Positions 56,483 to 64,000 of a stretch of 64,000 bases of DNA are shown here, one piece after another (position 1 is the first letter of the stretch; each line of letters opens with the position of its first letter). Both the position numbers and the translations under genes were made by a program. Source of the DNA: Syntrophales bacterium (GTDB taxonomy: Bacteria > Desulfobacterota > Syntrophia > Syntrophales > UBA6807); assembly GCA_040767195.1 (NCBI GenBank), contig JAXGPA010000001.1:864001-928000 (forward strand). Direction: 5' to 3'. The notes beneath the pieces are model-generated. The model worked only from the letters and a program-made list of their open reading frames with translations. It was not told the DNA's origin and ran no database searches.

Positions 56483-58090
56483 TCAGCGTTTCCCGATGTG
56501 GAGAATGCCCTTGGTGATATTGCACAGGTGATCGTTCAGCCGGCCGATGTAGGTGAGGATATCGGAGAAGACGAGCCCCGATTCGTTCATGCAGACCCCC
56601 TCCTCGAGGCGCTTGAAGTGGTTCATCTTGTACTGCACGATGAGTTCGTCGATTTCCTTCTCGATCATGAGGGTGATGCTCGCTGACTTGTGGTCATCGC
56701 TTCGAAGGGCTTTTTGCGTGAAATTCATGAGGGTCTGGGTCTTGTCGAATATCCGGGCGAGTTCCGCCTGCGCCGTGGCGGAAAAACTGAGATTTTCCTC
56801 ATAAAGACGCTGGGACAGCCTGGAGATGTCCTGGCAGTAATCCCCAACCCGCTCCAAATCGTTCACGCTGTGGATCAGGGCGGGAACGATGCGCCGTTTC
56901 TGGTCCGGCAGCTCCCCTTTCGTGATCTCCACCAGATAGGCCGTAATGTCCCGCTGCATCTCATCCACCGACTGCTCGTCGATGGAGATCTCGTTTTTCA
57001 GCTTGTGATTGTACTGGGCGATGCACTGCCTGGCCTTTTCGAGCATTTCCTGGTCGATGGCGAGCATGACCGAGAGCTGGCGGATGACCGCCTTGATGGC
57101 CAGTTCCGGCGTTGCCAGCAGGTTTTTGTCCAGATACTTCGTTTCTTTCTTTTCGTAATCCTCCCCGGGAACGATTTTCGCCAGGGCCTTCAGGAAAAGA
57201 GGTACGAAAGGCAGGAAGATCATCGTGTTGATGAGGTTGAAAGCGGTGTGAAAGTTGGCGATCTGCCGGGAAAGGTCCCCCGAAAGGTCCGGCAGATAGT
57301 GAAGGTATAAAGGGACCATGGGCAGGGCCACCGCCGTTCCCAGGACGTTGAACATGGCGTGGCCGAAGGCCAGCCGGCGGCTGGCGAGCTTGCCGCCGGT
57401 GCTGGCGATGAGCGCCGTGATGCAGGTCCCTATGTTGTCCCCCAAAACCAGGAACATGGAGGCCTTCAGGTCCAGGAGACCCGCCGAGGCAAGGGCGATG
57501 ACCATCCCGATGGTCGTGCTGCTGCTTTGAAGAAGCATGGTCACGAAAATGCCCGTGACGATACCCAGGATGGGGTATGTTCCGAACCGCAAGAAGAGGT
57601 CAAGAAGCTCTTCGTTTCCTGCCAGGGGCTTCACCGCCGCCGTCATGATGTTGAGACCGAGAAAGAGCATGCCGAACCCGAGAAGGGCCCGACCCTTGTT
57701 CTGGTGTTTCGATTTCCGGGCGAAAAAGAAAACGAAGGAGCCGACGAAGACAAAAAAGAGCGCCGACTTGGTCAGCTTGAAGGCAATGAGCTGGGCGGTG
57801 ATGGTCGTTCCGATGTTGGCCCCGAAGACAACGGGCAGGGCTGCCGCCAGGGTGATCAGGCCCGCGTTGATGAAACCGATGAGAAGGACGGACGTGGCGC
57901 TGGAACTCTGGACGATGGAAGTGAACCCGGCGCCGACGAGCATGGACATGACGCGGTTCGTGGTGATCTTGTCGATGAGGTTCTTGAGAAGCCCCAGGGA
58001 GAGTTTCTGAAGGGAATCGCTGAGGAGGTAGATTCCGTAAATGAAAAGGCCGAGTCCACCTAGGATGTTGAAAATGATGTTTAAATCCAT
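56483..58090 (-). CDS. Na+/phosphate cotransporter family protein with C-terminal PhoU domains
   Basis: GGLGLF.YG, QSSSAT, GANIGTT, QSSSTT, GDNIGT, IAN.HT.FN, DLERVGD. Confidence 0.92.
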   Translation of the reverse strand: MDLNIIFNILGGLGLFIYGIYLLSDSLQKLSLGLLKNLIDKITTNRVMSMLVGAGFTSIVQSSSATSVLLIGFINAGLITLAAALPVVFGANIGTTITAQLIAFKLTKSALFFVFVGSFVFFFARKSKHQNKGRALLGFGMLFLGLNIMTAAVKPLAGNEELLDLFLRFGTYPILGIVTGIFVTMLLQSSSTTIGMVIALASAGLLDLKASMFLVLGDNIGTCITALIASTGGKLASRRLAFGHAMFNVLGTAVALPMVPLYLHYLPDLSGDLSRQIANFHTAFNLINTMIFLPFVPLFLKALAKIVPGEDYEKKETKYLDKNLLATPELAIKAVIRQLSVMLAIDQEMLEKARQCIAQYNHKLKNEISIDEQSVDEMQRDITAYLVEITKGELPDQKRRIVPALIHSVNDLERVGDYCQDISRLSQRLYEENLSFSATAQAELARIFDKTQTLMNFTQKALRSDDHKSASITLMIEKEIDELIVQYKMNHFKRLEEGVCMNESGLVFSDILTYIGRLNDHLCNITKGILHIGKR

Positions 58091-58164
58091 GAAAACAACC
58101 TGTGTGGTCTACCTTTGCGTCCGTTGCGGTTTATGGTAACAGGCACGCGGTGTTTTTCACGGGC

Positions 58165-58192
58165 AAATTACAATGATTGCCGCTTTTGTCAA
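58165..58192 (-). promoter_or_regulatory. Putative sigma70 promoter of the Na/Pi cotransporter
   Basis: TTGACA-N16-TAATTT on the minus strand. Confidence 0.55.
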
Positions 58193-58558
58193 GTATTTTC
58201 CTTATTACACATAGAATTCAATCAGTTAAATTCAAAACGTCCTCTCCCGGGAACCGAGGGGACATGGCGCTTCATTTTTCAGAATGTAACGGCATGAACA
58301 AGAATTTGGCCGGACGGACCCTGTCAGAACACCTGTTGAATGGATGCCCGTGAAAGTCCGAGACATTCAGTTCGCCTCACGCATTCAAACCGGGGATGGA
58401 AGCGGTCTTGTCATTCCCGGGCGGCGAAGGTCCGGCTGATTGCACTATAAAAAATGGCAGAACTCTCATTTTGAGTGTGGTACATTTTTTATTGTTAAGG
58501 TAATTTAAGTCAATGCATCGCAACTTTTAATCAATAAGAAGCAGAAGAAAGTCAAATC

Positions 58559-59158
58559 ATGATAGAGAAATTAAGGATACATGCAACACAGGCATTCACT
58601 GTTTTATTATTTTTAATCCTTTTGTTTACAAGCAGTGCCTGGGAAGAGAAAAGCCCTGTTGTCACAATAATTTTATTCTTTCTGGGGGCTGTTCTTGTCG
58701 GCATTGCTTCCATGGGACGTTTATGGTGCTCCATTTATATTGCAGGGTATAAAACGGACAGATTAATCAAAGAAGGCCCCTATTCCATATGTAGAAATCC
58801 TTTATACTTTTTCAGTTTTATAGGCGCTTTGGGGGTCGGTATGGCTACCGAGTCATTCCTGATCCCTTTTCTTATCATGATAACATTTACAATCTATTAC
58901 CCCATGGTCATTAAAAGCGAAGAATCTGAAATGCTAAAAAAACACGGCAAGGAGTATGAAGCCTATCTCGGCCTGGTCCCATCTTTTTTCCCCCATATAT
59001 CGAAGCTGAAAGAACCTGACAGCTACATTACAAAACCGATAATCTTTAGAAAACATATATTCAGCGCTCTGTGGTTTGTGTGGCTGCTTGGTATCCTGGA
59101 GCTCATCGAAGGATTTCACGAATTACATGTTCTGCCCGTAATATTCCGTATTTATTAG
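58559..59158 (+). CDS. Isoprenylcysteine carboxylmethyltransferase (ICMT/PEMT) family membrane protein
   Basis: GR.W....I.G.K...L...GPYS..RNPLY, EE..L...G.EY..Y...VP.F.P; AT-rich relative to neighbours. Confidence 0.88.
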   Translation: MIEKLRIHATQAFTVLLFLILLFTSSAWEEKSPVVTIILFFLGAVLVGIASMGRLWCSIYIAGYKTDRLIKEGPYSICRNPLYFFSFIGALGVGMATESFLIPFLIMITFTIYYPMVIKSEESEMLKKHGKEYEAYLGLVPSFFPHISKLKEPDSYITKPIIFRKHIFSALWFVWLLGILELIEGFHELHVLPVIFRIY

Positions 59159-59300
59159 CAATATCCAGGTTTGCCTGCCCTATCTCCATGTCGGGCTTGT
59201 TTAGCGAAAGGAAGTCCATGTTTTATATAGATGATTTTCATCCATGTTTTGCAACTTCCGCCTTTTTACGCTAACGTAGTGAAAAACTTTCAGGATTGAC

Positions 59301-60767
59301 ATGGGCGCCCGATTTTCAGTCATCATCGTCGCGGGACTTCTCGCCTCTCAACTCATTGGAACCCTGCAGGTTTTTATCTCGAACCGCGCCATTGTCCGCT
59401 CCATGTCGGCCCTTCATGACCGGGGGCTCCTCACGGTCCCAAACCAAACCCTTTTCGCGGGTCTCCAGGAACCGGGACCCGCTTTTTTCGGCGGGTTGTT
59501 CTTCACCTTCACCATCGGGGCCGCCCTCACCGTCTCGACCCTCGCTCTCACACAGGCCGTCCGCCCGGTCAGGGGAATCTCCCGGCATTTTCTCTGCGGG
59601 GGCTTTTTTCTTCTGTTGACATTCTGTCTTTTCGGGGTCAATAAAAACGGCTTCAATCCCGTCGGTTCGGCCTATTTCATCGTTTTACCCGTGTTGACGG
59701 CAGTTCTGGCGAGGCTTCTTCTCACCACGGAAGACCCGCCACGGTCTCCCTGGAATATTCTCGCCCCGGCGGCTTTTTTTCTATTTACGCTTCCTTTTCT
59801 CGCGTCGGCGGCGGGGCCGGATTTTTTCCACCAGGTCCGTGACCGGTGGCTGCTCGCCCACCCCTGGGGCAGGGCAATCAACGACGCCTATTACCGCTGC
59901 ACCCTTCACGCGGCCGAATCGGTCAAGTCATTCGATCAGAAGCTCATACGGACATACCGTTTCGATGGGAACCGGGAGGGAAAGGACGCTTTTCTTCTGC
60001 GAAGGACCTTGAACGGAAAAGACGTCTTTTCCCTGTCCGCTTCGGAGGTGGATCTCGTCGTCCATGCCGAGGGCGATGTCCTTTACCTCGGCGTCCCGGG
60101 AAAACGGGTCCTCGCAACAGACATTGCGGCGTTCCTGGCGGGCGGCCCGGCCTGGCTCGAGCGGTTTTCCGACCGAGCGGACCGGTGGAAATTCTTTCGA
60201 CGGGCCACTTTTTTCGCCATGGTCCTTCTTTACCCGGCGATCCTGTTCTTTCTTGTCTACGCCATCGTTTGCCCCATGCTGCCGGCCCGTTTGGGACCTC
60301 GGCAGCGTCCTCTCATCGCCTCCGGGATTTCCTTTGTCCTTATCACCGGCGGGGCCTTCCTTCTGACCCCCGGGCGCGAAGCCCCGGTCCCCCTCGAGGA
60401 GATTCCCGCCATGCTTAAATCGGAAAGGACTGAAAGGCAGGCCCGGGCACTCCGGACCCTTTGCGGTCACGGCAGCGATGTCAGTTCCTTTCCCACGCTG
60501 AAGGAAAGCCCTTCCCCCGCCGTCCGGTACTGGTTTGCCCGGTGCCTCGAGAAAAGTCCTTCGGCAGAGGCGACGGGCCTGCTCCTGGGTCTCATGGAAG
60601 ACAGCCAGGTCACGGTGGCCACGACGGCCATGGAGGTCCTGGCAAGGCGGAAGGACCGGGCCGCGATCCCGGCCATTCTCGATAAACTCGCGGGATCCCG
60701 CCACTGGTACGTTCAGTGGTACGCCTACCGCGCGTTGAGGAGGCTTGGATGGTGTCAGTCCGGATAA
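59301..60767 (+). CDS. Multi-pass membrane protein with C-terminal HEAT-like repeats
   Basis: Several TM segments; C-terminal SP.VRYW.A..L, L..D....V...A...L, WYVQWYAY.ALR.LGW; ends WCQSG. Confidence 0.75.
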   Translation: MGARFSVIIVAGLLASQLIGTLQVFISNRAIVRSMSALHDRGLLTVPNQTLFAGLQEPGPAFFGGLFFTFTIGAALTVSTLALTQAVRPVRGISRHFLCGGFFLLLTFCLFGVNKNGFNPVGSAYFIVLPVLTAVLARLLLTTEDPPRSPWNILAPAAFFLFTLPFLASAAGPDFFHQVRDRWLLAHPWGRAINDAYYRCTLHAAESVKSFDQKLIRTYRFDGNREGKDAFLLRRTLNGKDVFSLSASEVDLVVHAEGDVLYLGVPGKRVLATDIAAFLAGGPAWLERFSDRADRWKFFRRATFFAMVLLYPAILFFLVYAIVCPMLPARLGPRQRPLIASGISFVLITGGAFLLTPGREAPVPLEEIPAMLKSERTERQARALRTLCGHGSDVSSFPTLKESPSPAVRYWFARCLEKSPSAEATGLLLGLMEDSQVTVATTAMEVLARRKDRAAIPAILDKLAGSRHWYVQWYAYRALRRLGWCQSG

Positions 60768-61402
60768 CGGGAAAAACGGTGCTTCTCGCCCTGGCCGCCG
60801 TCGTGGTCCTGGAATCGTCGGGGGCTCTTCTTCTTCGCGCCCTGAAGACGCCGCCCCTTCCCACGGTGGGGATCTTTCGCCTCCTGGAAGCGATTGCCTT
60901 TCTTTACCTTCTGAGAAGCCAGGGGGGTCTGGCTGCTACCGTGGGCATCAGCGGGCAGTCTCTTCTTCGCGACGCGGGACGGGGCCTCCTGTGGTCCGCC
61001 GGATTCGGGCTTGTCGTTTTGGCCATCTCTTCTCTCGTTTTCCTTGCCAGAGGACGCCTCGTCGATCTTCTGCCCTTCGCCCACCCCTCGCCGCTTTCTC
61101 TTCTGCCTGTTCTCCTGGCCGTCGGGGCATTCATCAGCCCCGTGGCGGAAGAGCTTTTCTTCCGCGGGATCCTCTTCGGATACCTCCGCCGCTGGGGCTT
61201 CCTCCCGGCTCTTGTCCTTTCCACCGCTCTTTTCGCCTTCATCCACCCGCCTGGGCAGGGATTTCCCGTTACCCAGGTCATCGGGGGCGTTCTTTTTGCC
61301 ACAGCTTATGAGGTGGAAAAATCCCTGGTGGTGCCCATGGTCATTCACGGACTGGGCAATGGCGCCATTTTTTTGCTTTCCTACTATCCCGAACTCTTTT
61401 GA
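60749..61402 (+). CDS. CPBP (type II CAAX / Rce1-like) intramembrane glutamic protease
   Basis: P..EELFFRG, LFA..H, H...N motifs; ATG 60749 after GAGGAGG, overlapping the upstream gene. Confidence 0.92.
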   Translation: MVSVRITGKTVLLALAAVVVLESSGALLLRALKTPPLPTVGIFRLLEAIAFLYLLRSQGGLAATVGISGQSLLRDAGRGLLWSAGFGLVVLAISSLVFLARGRLVDLLPFAHPSPLSLLPVLLAVGAFISPVAEELFFRGILFGYLRRWGFLPALVLSTALFAFIHPPGQGFPVTQVIGGVLFATAYEVEKSLVVPMVIHGLGNGAIFLLSYYPELF

Positions 61403-61511
61403 GCCAGGGGCGCCGCGGGACGACATCCTGTAAAAGCAGCCGGAGGGACCGCCGGATGACTTGGAGAGACGATCCCACGCCGGGATTCTCGTCCAAACAG
61501 GGTCGTTTTTT

Positions 61512-63185
61512 TCAGGACTCCCGGCGGGCTTGAGGGGACAGGAGCCTTCGAGCGAGGCGATGGGCGGCCCGTTCCTTCGGACCATCAAGAAACCGGCGGT
61601 TTTCACGCACCGCCTGTCCCGCCTCTTCGAGAAAATAGGCCAGGCATTCCCTTTCTTCCAACGTCTCTTCGCCCCGGGCCTTTTCCCCGGACATTCGGGC
61701 CAGCATGGCCAGGATCCCGAAAAGGTGGAGGCTCAAAGAGGTCACCCGGCGAAGGAAATACTCCTTTTCCCCTACCTTCCTCCCGTATAAGGCCAGGCCG
61801 AAGAGAAGCCGGCGGCGGATCATGCCGGCAAGACAGCGGGCCCTCCGGACCGCCCGCCGGGGGACACCCGCGGGGACCGCCATGTCCCAGGGACGGGGAT
61901 GAAGGGATTTCAGCCACGCCCCGAGAAAAAACCGCCACCGCTTCATCCCCTTCAGGGCCTGAAACTCTTTTCCGAGCCGTCCGAGGGCATAAAGGGCGGG
62001 ATAGATGGAGTGGATTTCCGTCGTCCCCTCGAAGATGGTGGTCACCCGGAAATCCCGCATGCGCTTTTCGTAGGGCTGGGTGGCGATGAACCCCGACCCC
62101 CCGGCGACCTGGAGGGCGTCGTAGACGGCATCCCACGCCCGGGTTGTCCCGTAGAGCTTGCAGTGGGAGGTTTCGATGACCGGATCGGCCCTTCGCTCCC
62201 CTTCCAGGAGGGGAACGGCCAGATCCGTCATGGCCTCCATGACCGATTCATGGATCCGGCACCGGATGATCTTCTCCTGGACCAGCTCAAAATTACCGAT
62301 GGGAACGCCGAACTGGACCCGTGAGGCGGCCCGGGCGGTCATGTCCTTCACCGATTGCCCGGTGACGCCCCGTGAGGCGGCGATGAGGCCGAGCCGGCCG
62401 TAGTTCAGAACGTTCATGGCGATGGCGAATCCCTCTCCCGGTTCTCCAATCCGGTTTTCCACGGGAACCCGGACATTCTCGAACCTGATCATGGCGGTGG
62501 AGCTGGTCTTGAGGCCCATCTTGGGCATGTCTTTCCCGATCCGGACGCCCTCCCAGGCCGTTTCCACGATGAAGGCCCCCAGGGACCCCGGCCGGGCCGG
62601 GTCCAACTGGGCGAAGACGGTGAGGCCGCCGGCGTAGTTGGCGTTGGTGATGTAGGTCTTGACACCGTTCAGGACATAATGGGTGCCGTCCGCCGAGAGT
62701 TCCGCCTTCGTTTCGATATGACGGGCATCGGACCCGACATTCGGTTCCGTCAAGGCATAGGAAAAAATCATCTCCCCCCGGGCCGCCGGCGGGAGGTACT
62801 TCCGCTTCTGCTCCTCCGTCCCGTAGAGATCGACGGCCTTCACGCCGATGAAAAGATGGGCGAGAAAAACGAGGGCCGCCGACATGTCGGCGGCGGAGAC
62901 CGCCTCCACGACCCGCAGGAGATCCCGAAGCCCGATACCCGCCCCGCCATGAGATTCGGGTATGGACATGCCGAAAAGTCCCGCCTCGCCCATGGCCCGG
63001 AGCATCTCCGGGGGGATGCGGCCCGTCTCTTCCAAGGCCTGGGGCGGCCAGGTCTTCAGGAGATCTTCGAACCGGTCCAGGAATACCCGGACCTTCCCGT
63101 CTTTCACCGGCCGGTCTTGACGGAGAAGCACCCTTTCGTCGAGGACACCCCGGTACAGTTTTTCCATGAACCCGTCGTTTTCCAT
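61512..63185 (-). CDS. Acyl-CoA dehydrogenase (long form with C-terminal extension)
   Basis: GLFG..IP...GG.G, ALTEP..GSD, K.YITN, KMG...S.T, R.QFG.PI, GG.GF, RD.R...IFEGT.EI. Confidence 0.93.
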   Translation of the reverse strand: MENDGFMEKLYRGVLDERVLLRQDRPVKDGKVRVFLDRFEDLLKTWPPQALEETGRIPPEMLRAMGEAGLFGMSIPESHGGAGIGLRDLLRVVEAVSAADMSAALVFLAHLFIGVKAVDLYGTEEQKRKYLPPAARGEMIFSYALTEPNVGSDARHIETKAELSADGTHYVLNGVKTYITNANYAGGLTVFAQLDPARPGSLGAFIVETAWEGVRIGKDMPKMGLKTSSTAMIRFENVRVPVENRIGEPGEGFAIAMNVLNYGRLGLIAASRGVTGQSVKDMTARAASRVQFGVPIGNFELVQEKIIRCRIHESVMEAMTDLAVPLLEGERRADPVIETSHCKLYGTTRAWDAVYDALQVAGGSGFIATQPYEKRMRDFRVTTIFEGTTEIHSIYPALYALGRLGKEFQALKGMKRWRFFLGAWLKSLHPRPWDMAVPAGVPRRAVRRARCLAGMIRRRLLFGLALYGRKVGEKEYFLRRVTSLSLHLFGILAMLARMSGEKARGEETLEERECLAYFLEEAGQAVRENRRFLDGPKERAAHRLARRLLSPQARRES

Positions 63186-63223
63186 TACCCGACTCCTTTT
63201 TTTTCAGACCGTTTCGCCGGCGT

Positions 63224-63835
63224 TCACTCGGCCAGTTTCGGGAGAGCCTTTATCTTTCCGGGGAAAAGACGGTAATACCAGCCCGGCCGGTTTTCACCGT
63301 AGAAAGCCGCCACCCGGTCCCACAAGCCTTCCGGCGGGGTCACCGCCTGAAGGGACAGCGCCATGATCCGTTCATCGCCAAGACAGGCTTCCAGAATCCA
63401 CCCGTCCGATTCCGCCCCATCGTAAGAGTCCGTGACGGACATGCCGTTGGCCATGAACGTGTCGGCCACGGTTTCGGCCACCGACCGGTTCGGCGACGAG
63501 GGGGAAGCGATGTTGGCGAGGATACGGCCGATGGCGGCCTGGGCAAAGACGGGGGGCGTGAAGGCGCACTGCAGTCCTCGGATCATGTGCCGGAAACCGG
63601 ACCGGTCCAGGTTGGGCACGCGGGACTCGTAATAAAGATAGAGCCGCCCCGCAACGGCCCAGTAAAGACTTTTCCGGCCCTGGTAGACGATGGGGAGCCC
63701 GCGTTCTTCCGCCCGGTCGGTGAGATTTTGAAAGAGAGGCGCCAGTTCCTCTTCCCCCCGCCGGATGAGCTCGCCGGCCAGAAGGTACCAGAAGGGGGCG
63801 TCCTGAACATGGGGAAAGGGATTACGTTCACTCAT
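63224..63835 (-). CDS. Hypothetical protein
   Basis: 203-aa ORF overlapping the upstream CDS end and ending 38 nt before the acyl-CoA dehydrogenase. Confidence 0.65.
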   Translation of the reverse strand: MSERNPFPHVQDAPFWYLLAGELIRRGEEELAPLFQNLTDRAEERGLPIVYQGRKSLYWAVAGRLYLYYESRVPNLDRSGFRHMIRGLQCAFTPPVFAQAAIGRILANIASPSSPNRSVAETVADTFMANGMSVTDSYDGAESDGWILEACLGDERIMALSLQAVTPPEGLWDRVAAFYGENRPGWYYRLFPGKIKALPKLAE

Positions 63836-63998
63836 TTTTTTTAAAAAGATCCTCCATTTTTTTCCGGGCCGCGCCTCCGGTGGTCGCCCCCGTCGTCGAA
63901 TCTTCCCGGTAGACGAAATAATCGCAGAAATTGCTCCGCTCCTTGTCCAGAACCCGCTCCGCCTGGGGCTCCCGGCACTGGTTGTAGGCCCCGGGGTC
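63828..63998 (-). CDS. Partial small Cys-containing hypothetical protein (5' end outside window)
   Basis: Own translation: ...DPGAYNQCREPQAERVLDKERSNFCDYFVYREDSTTGATTGGAARKKMEDLFKKNE*. Confidence 0.7.
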   Translation of the reverse strand, partial: DPGAYNQCREPQAERVLDKERSNFCDYFVYREDSTTGATTGGAARKKMEDLFKKNE

Positions 63999-64000
63999 GT

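Noticed and set aside
58095..58140. Minus-strand AAACCGCAACGGACGCAAAG resembling part of a c-di-GMP-I riboswitch before the Na/Pi transporter
   Set aside because: P2 stem is minimal, and the upstream GGYAAA and the P3 stem with tetraloop receptor are missing
1..64000. CRISPR arrays, rRNA, prophage or integrase genes, intact IS elements
   Set aside because: No regularly spaced repeats, rRNA-like tracts, phage genes, recombinase or DDE catalytic domains were seen

Overview
High-GC chromosomal window, probably from an anaerobic deltaproteobacterium (Syntrophales/Desulfobacterota-like; inferred from the Ahb heme pathway, desulfoferrodoxin and gene order). Contents in order: a tripartite tricarboxylate transporter (tctC-tctA-tctB), SGNH hydrolase and SDR; a long minus-strand run (sirC/cysG-N, ccsA, hemA, hemC, cobA-hemD, ahbC, hemB, ahbD, ahbA, polA, mscS, corA, rluA); prmA-rsmE-RDD-tRNA-Phe; an accessory block (EamA, pRiA4b ORF3 fusion, CopB ATPase, MATE, MenG/UbiE, glucosylglycerate-synthase-like GT); pstSCAB-phoU-phoR-phoB with phased Pho boxes; an AbrB/VapC toxin-antitoxin pair; a SagB-type nitroreductase; SulP; lipoprotein genes; oxidative-stress genes; DUF748; alaC; an IS5-type fragment; more transporters; an ICMT/HEAT/CPBP trio; and an acyl-CoA dehydrogenase. 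The best find is not in the ORF track. The alaC leader (52451-52706, minus strand) has a complete ribosome-mediated attenuator architecture: a promoter, an Ala-rich 29-aa leader peptide, a protector hairpin, an antiterminator and two interlocked tandem terminators. It is a candidate alanine-sensing attenuator. Also notable: hemC appears to need a non-canonical ATA start, and an ICMT-family gene and an Rce1-like protease flank a protein ending in Cys-x-x-x. All calls come from reading motifs by eye; no searches or folding programs were run.
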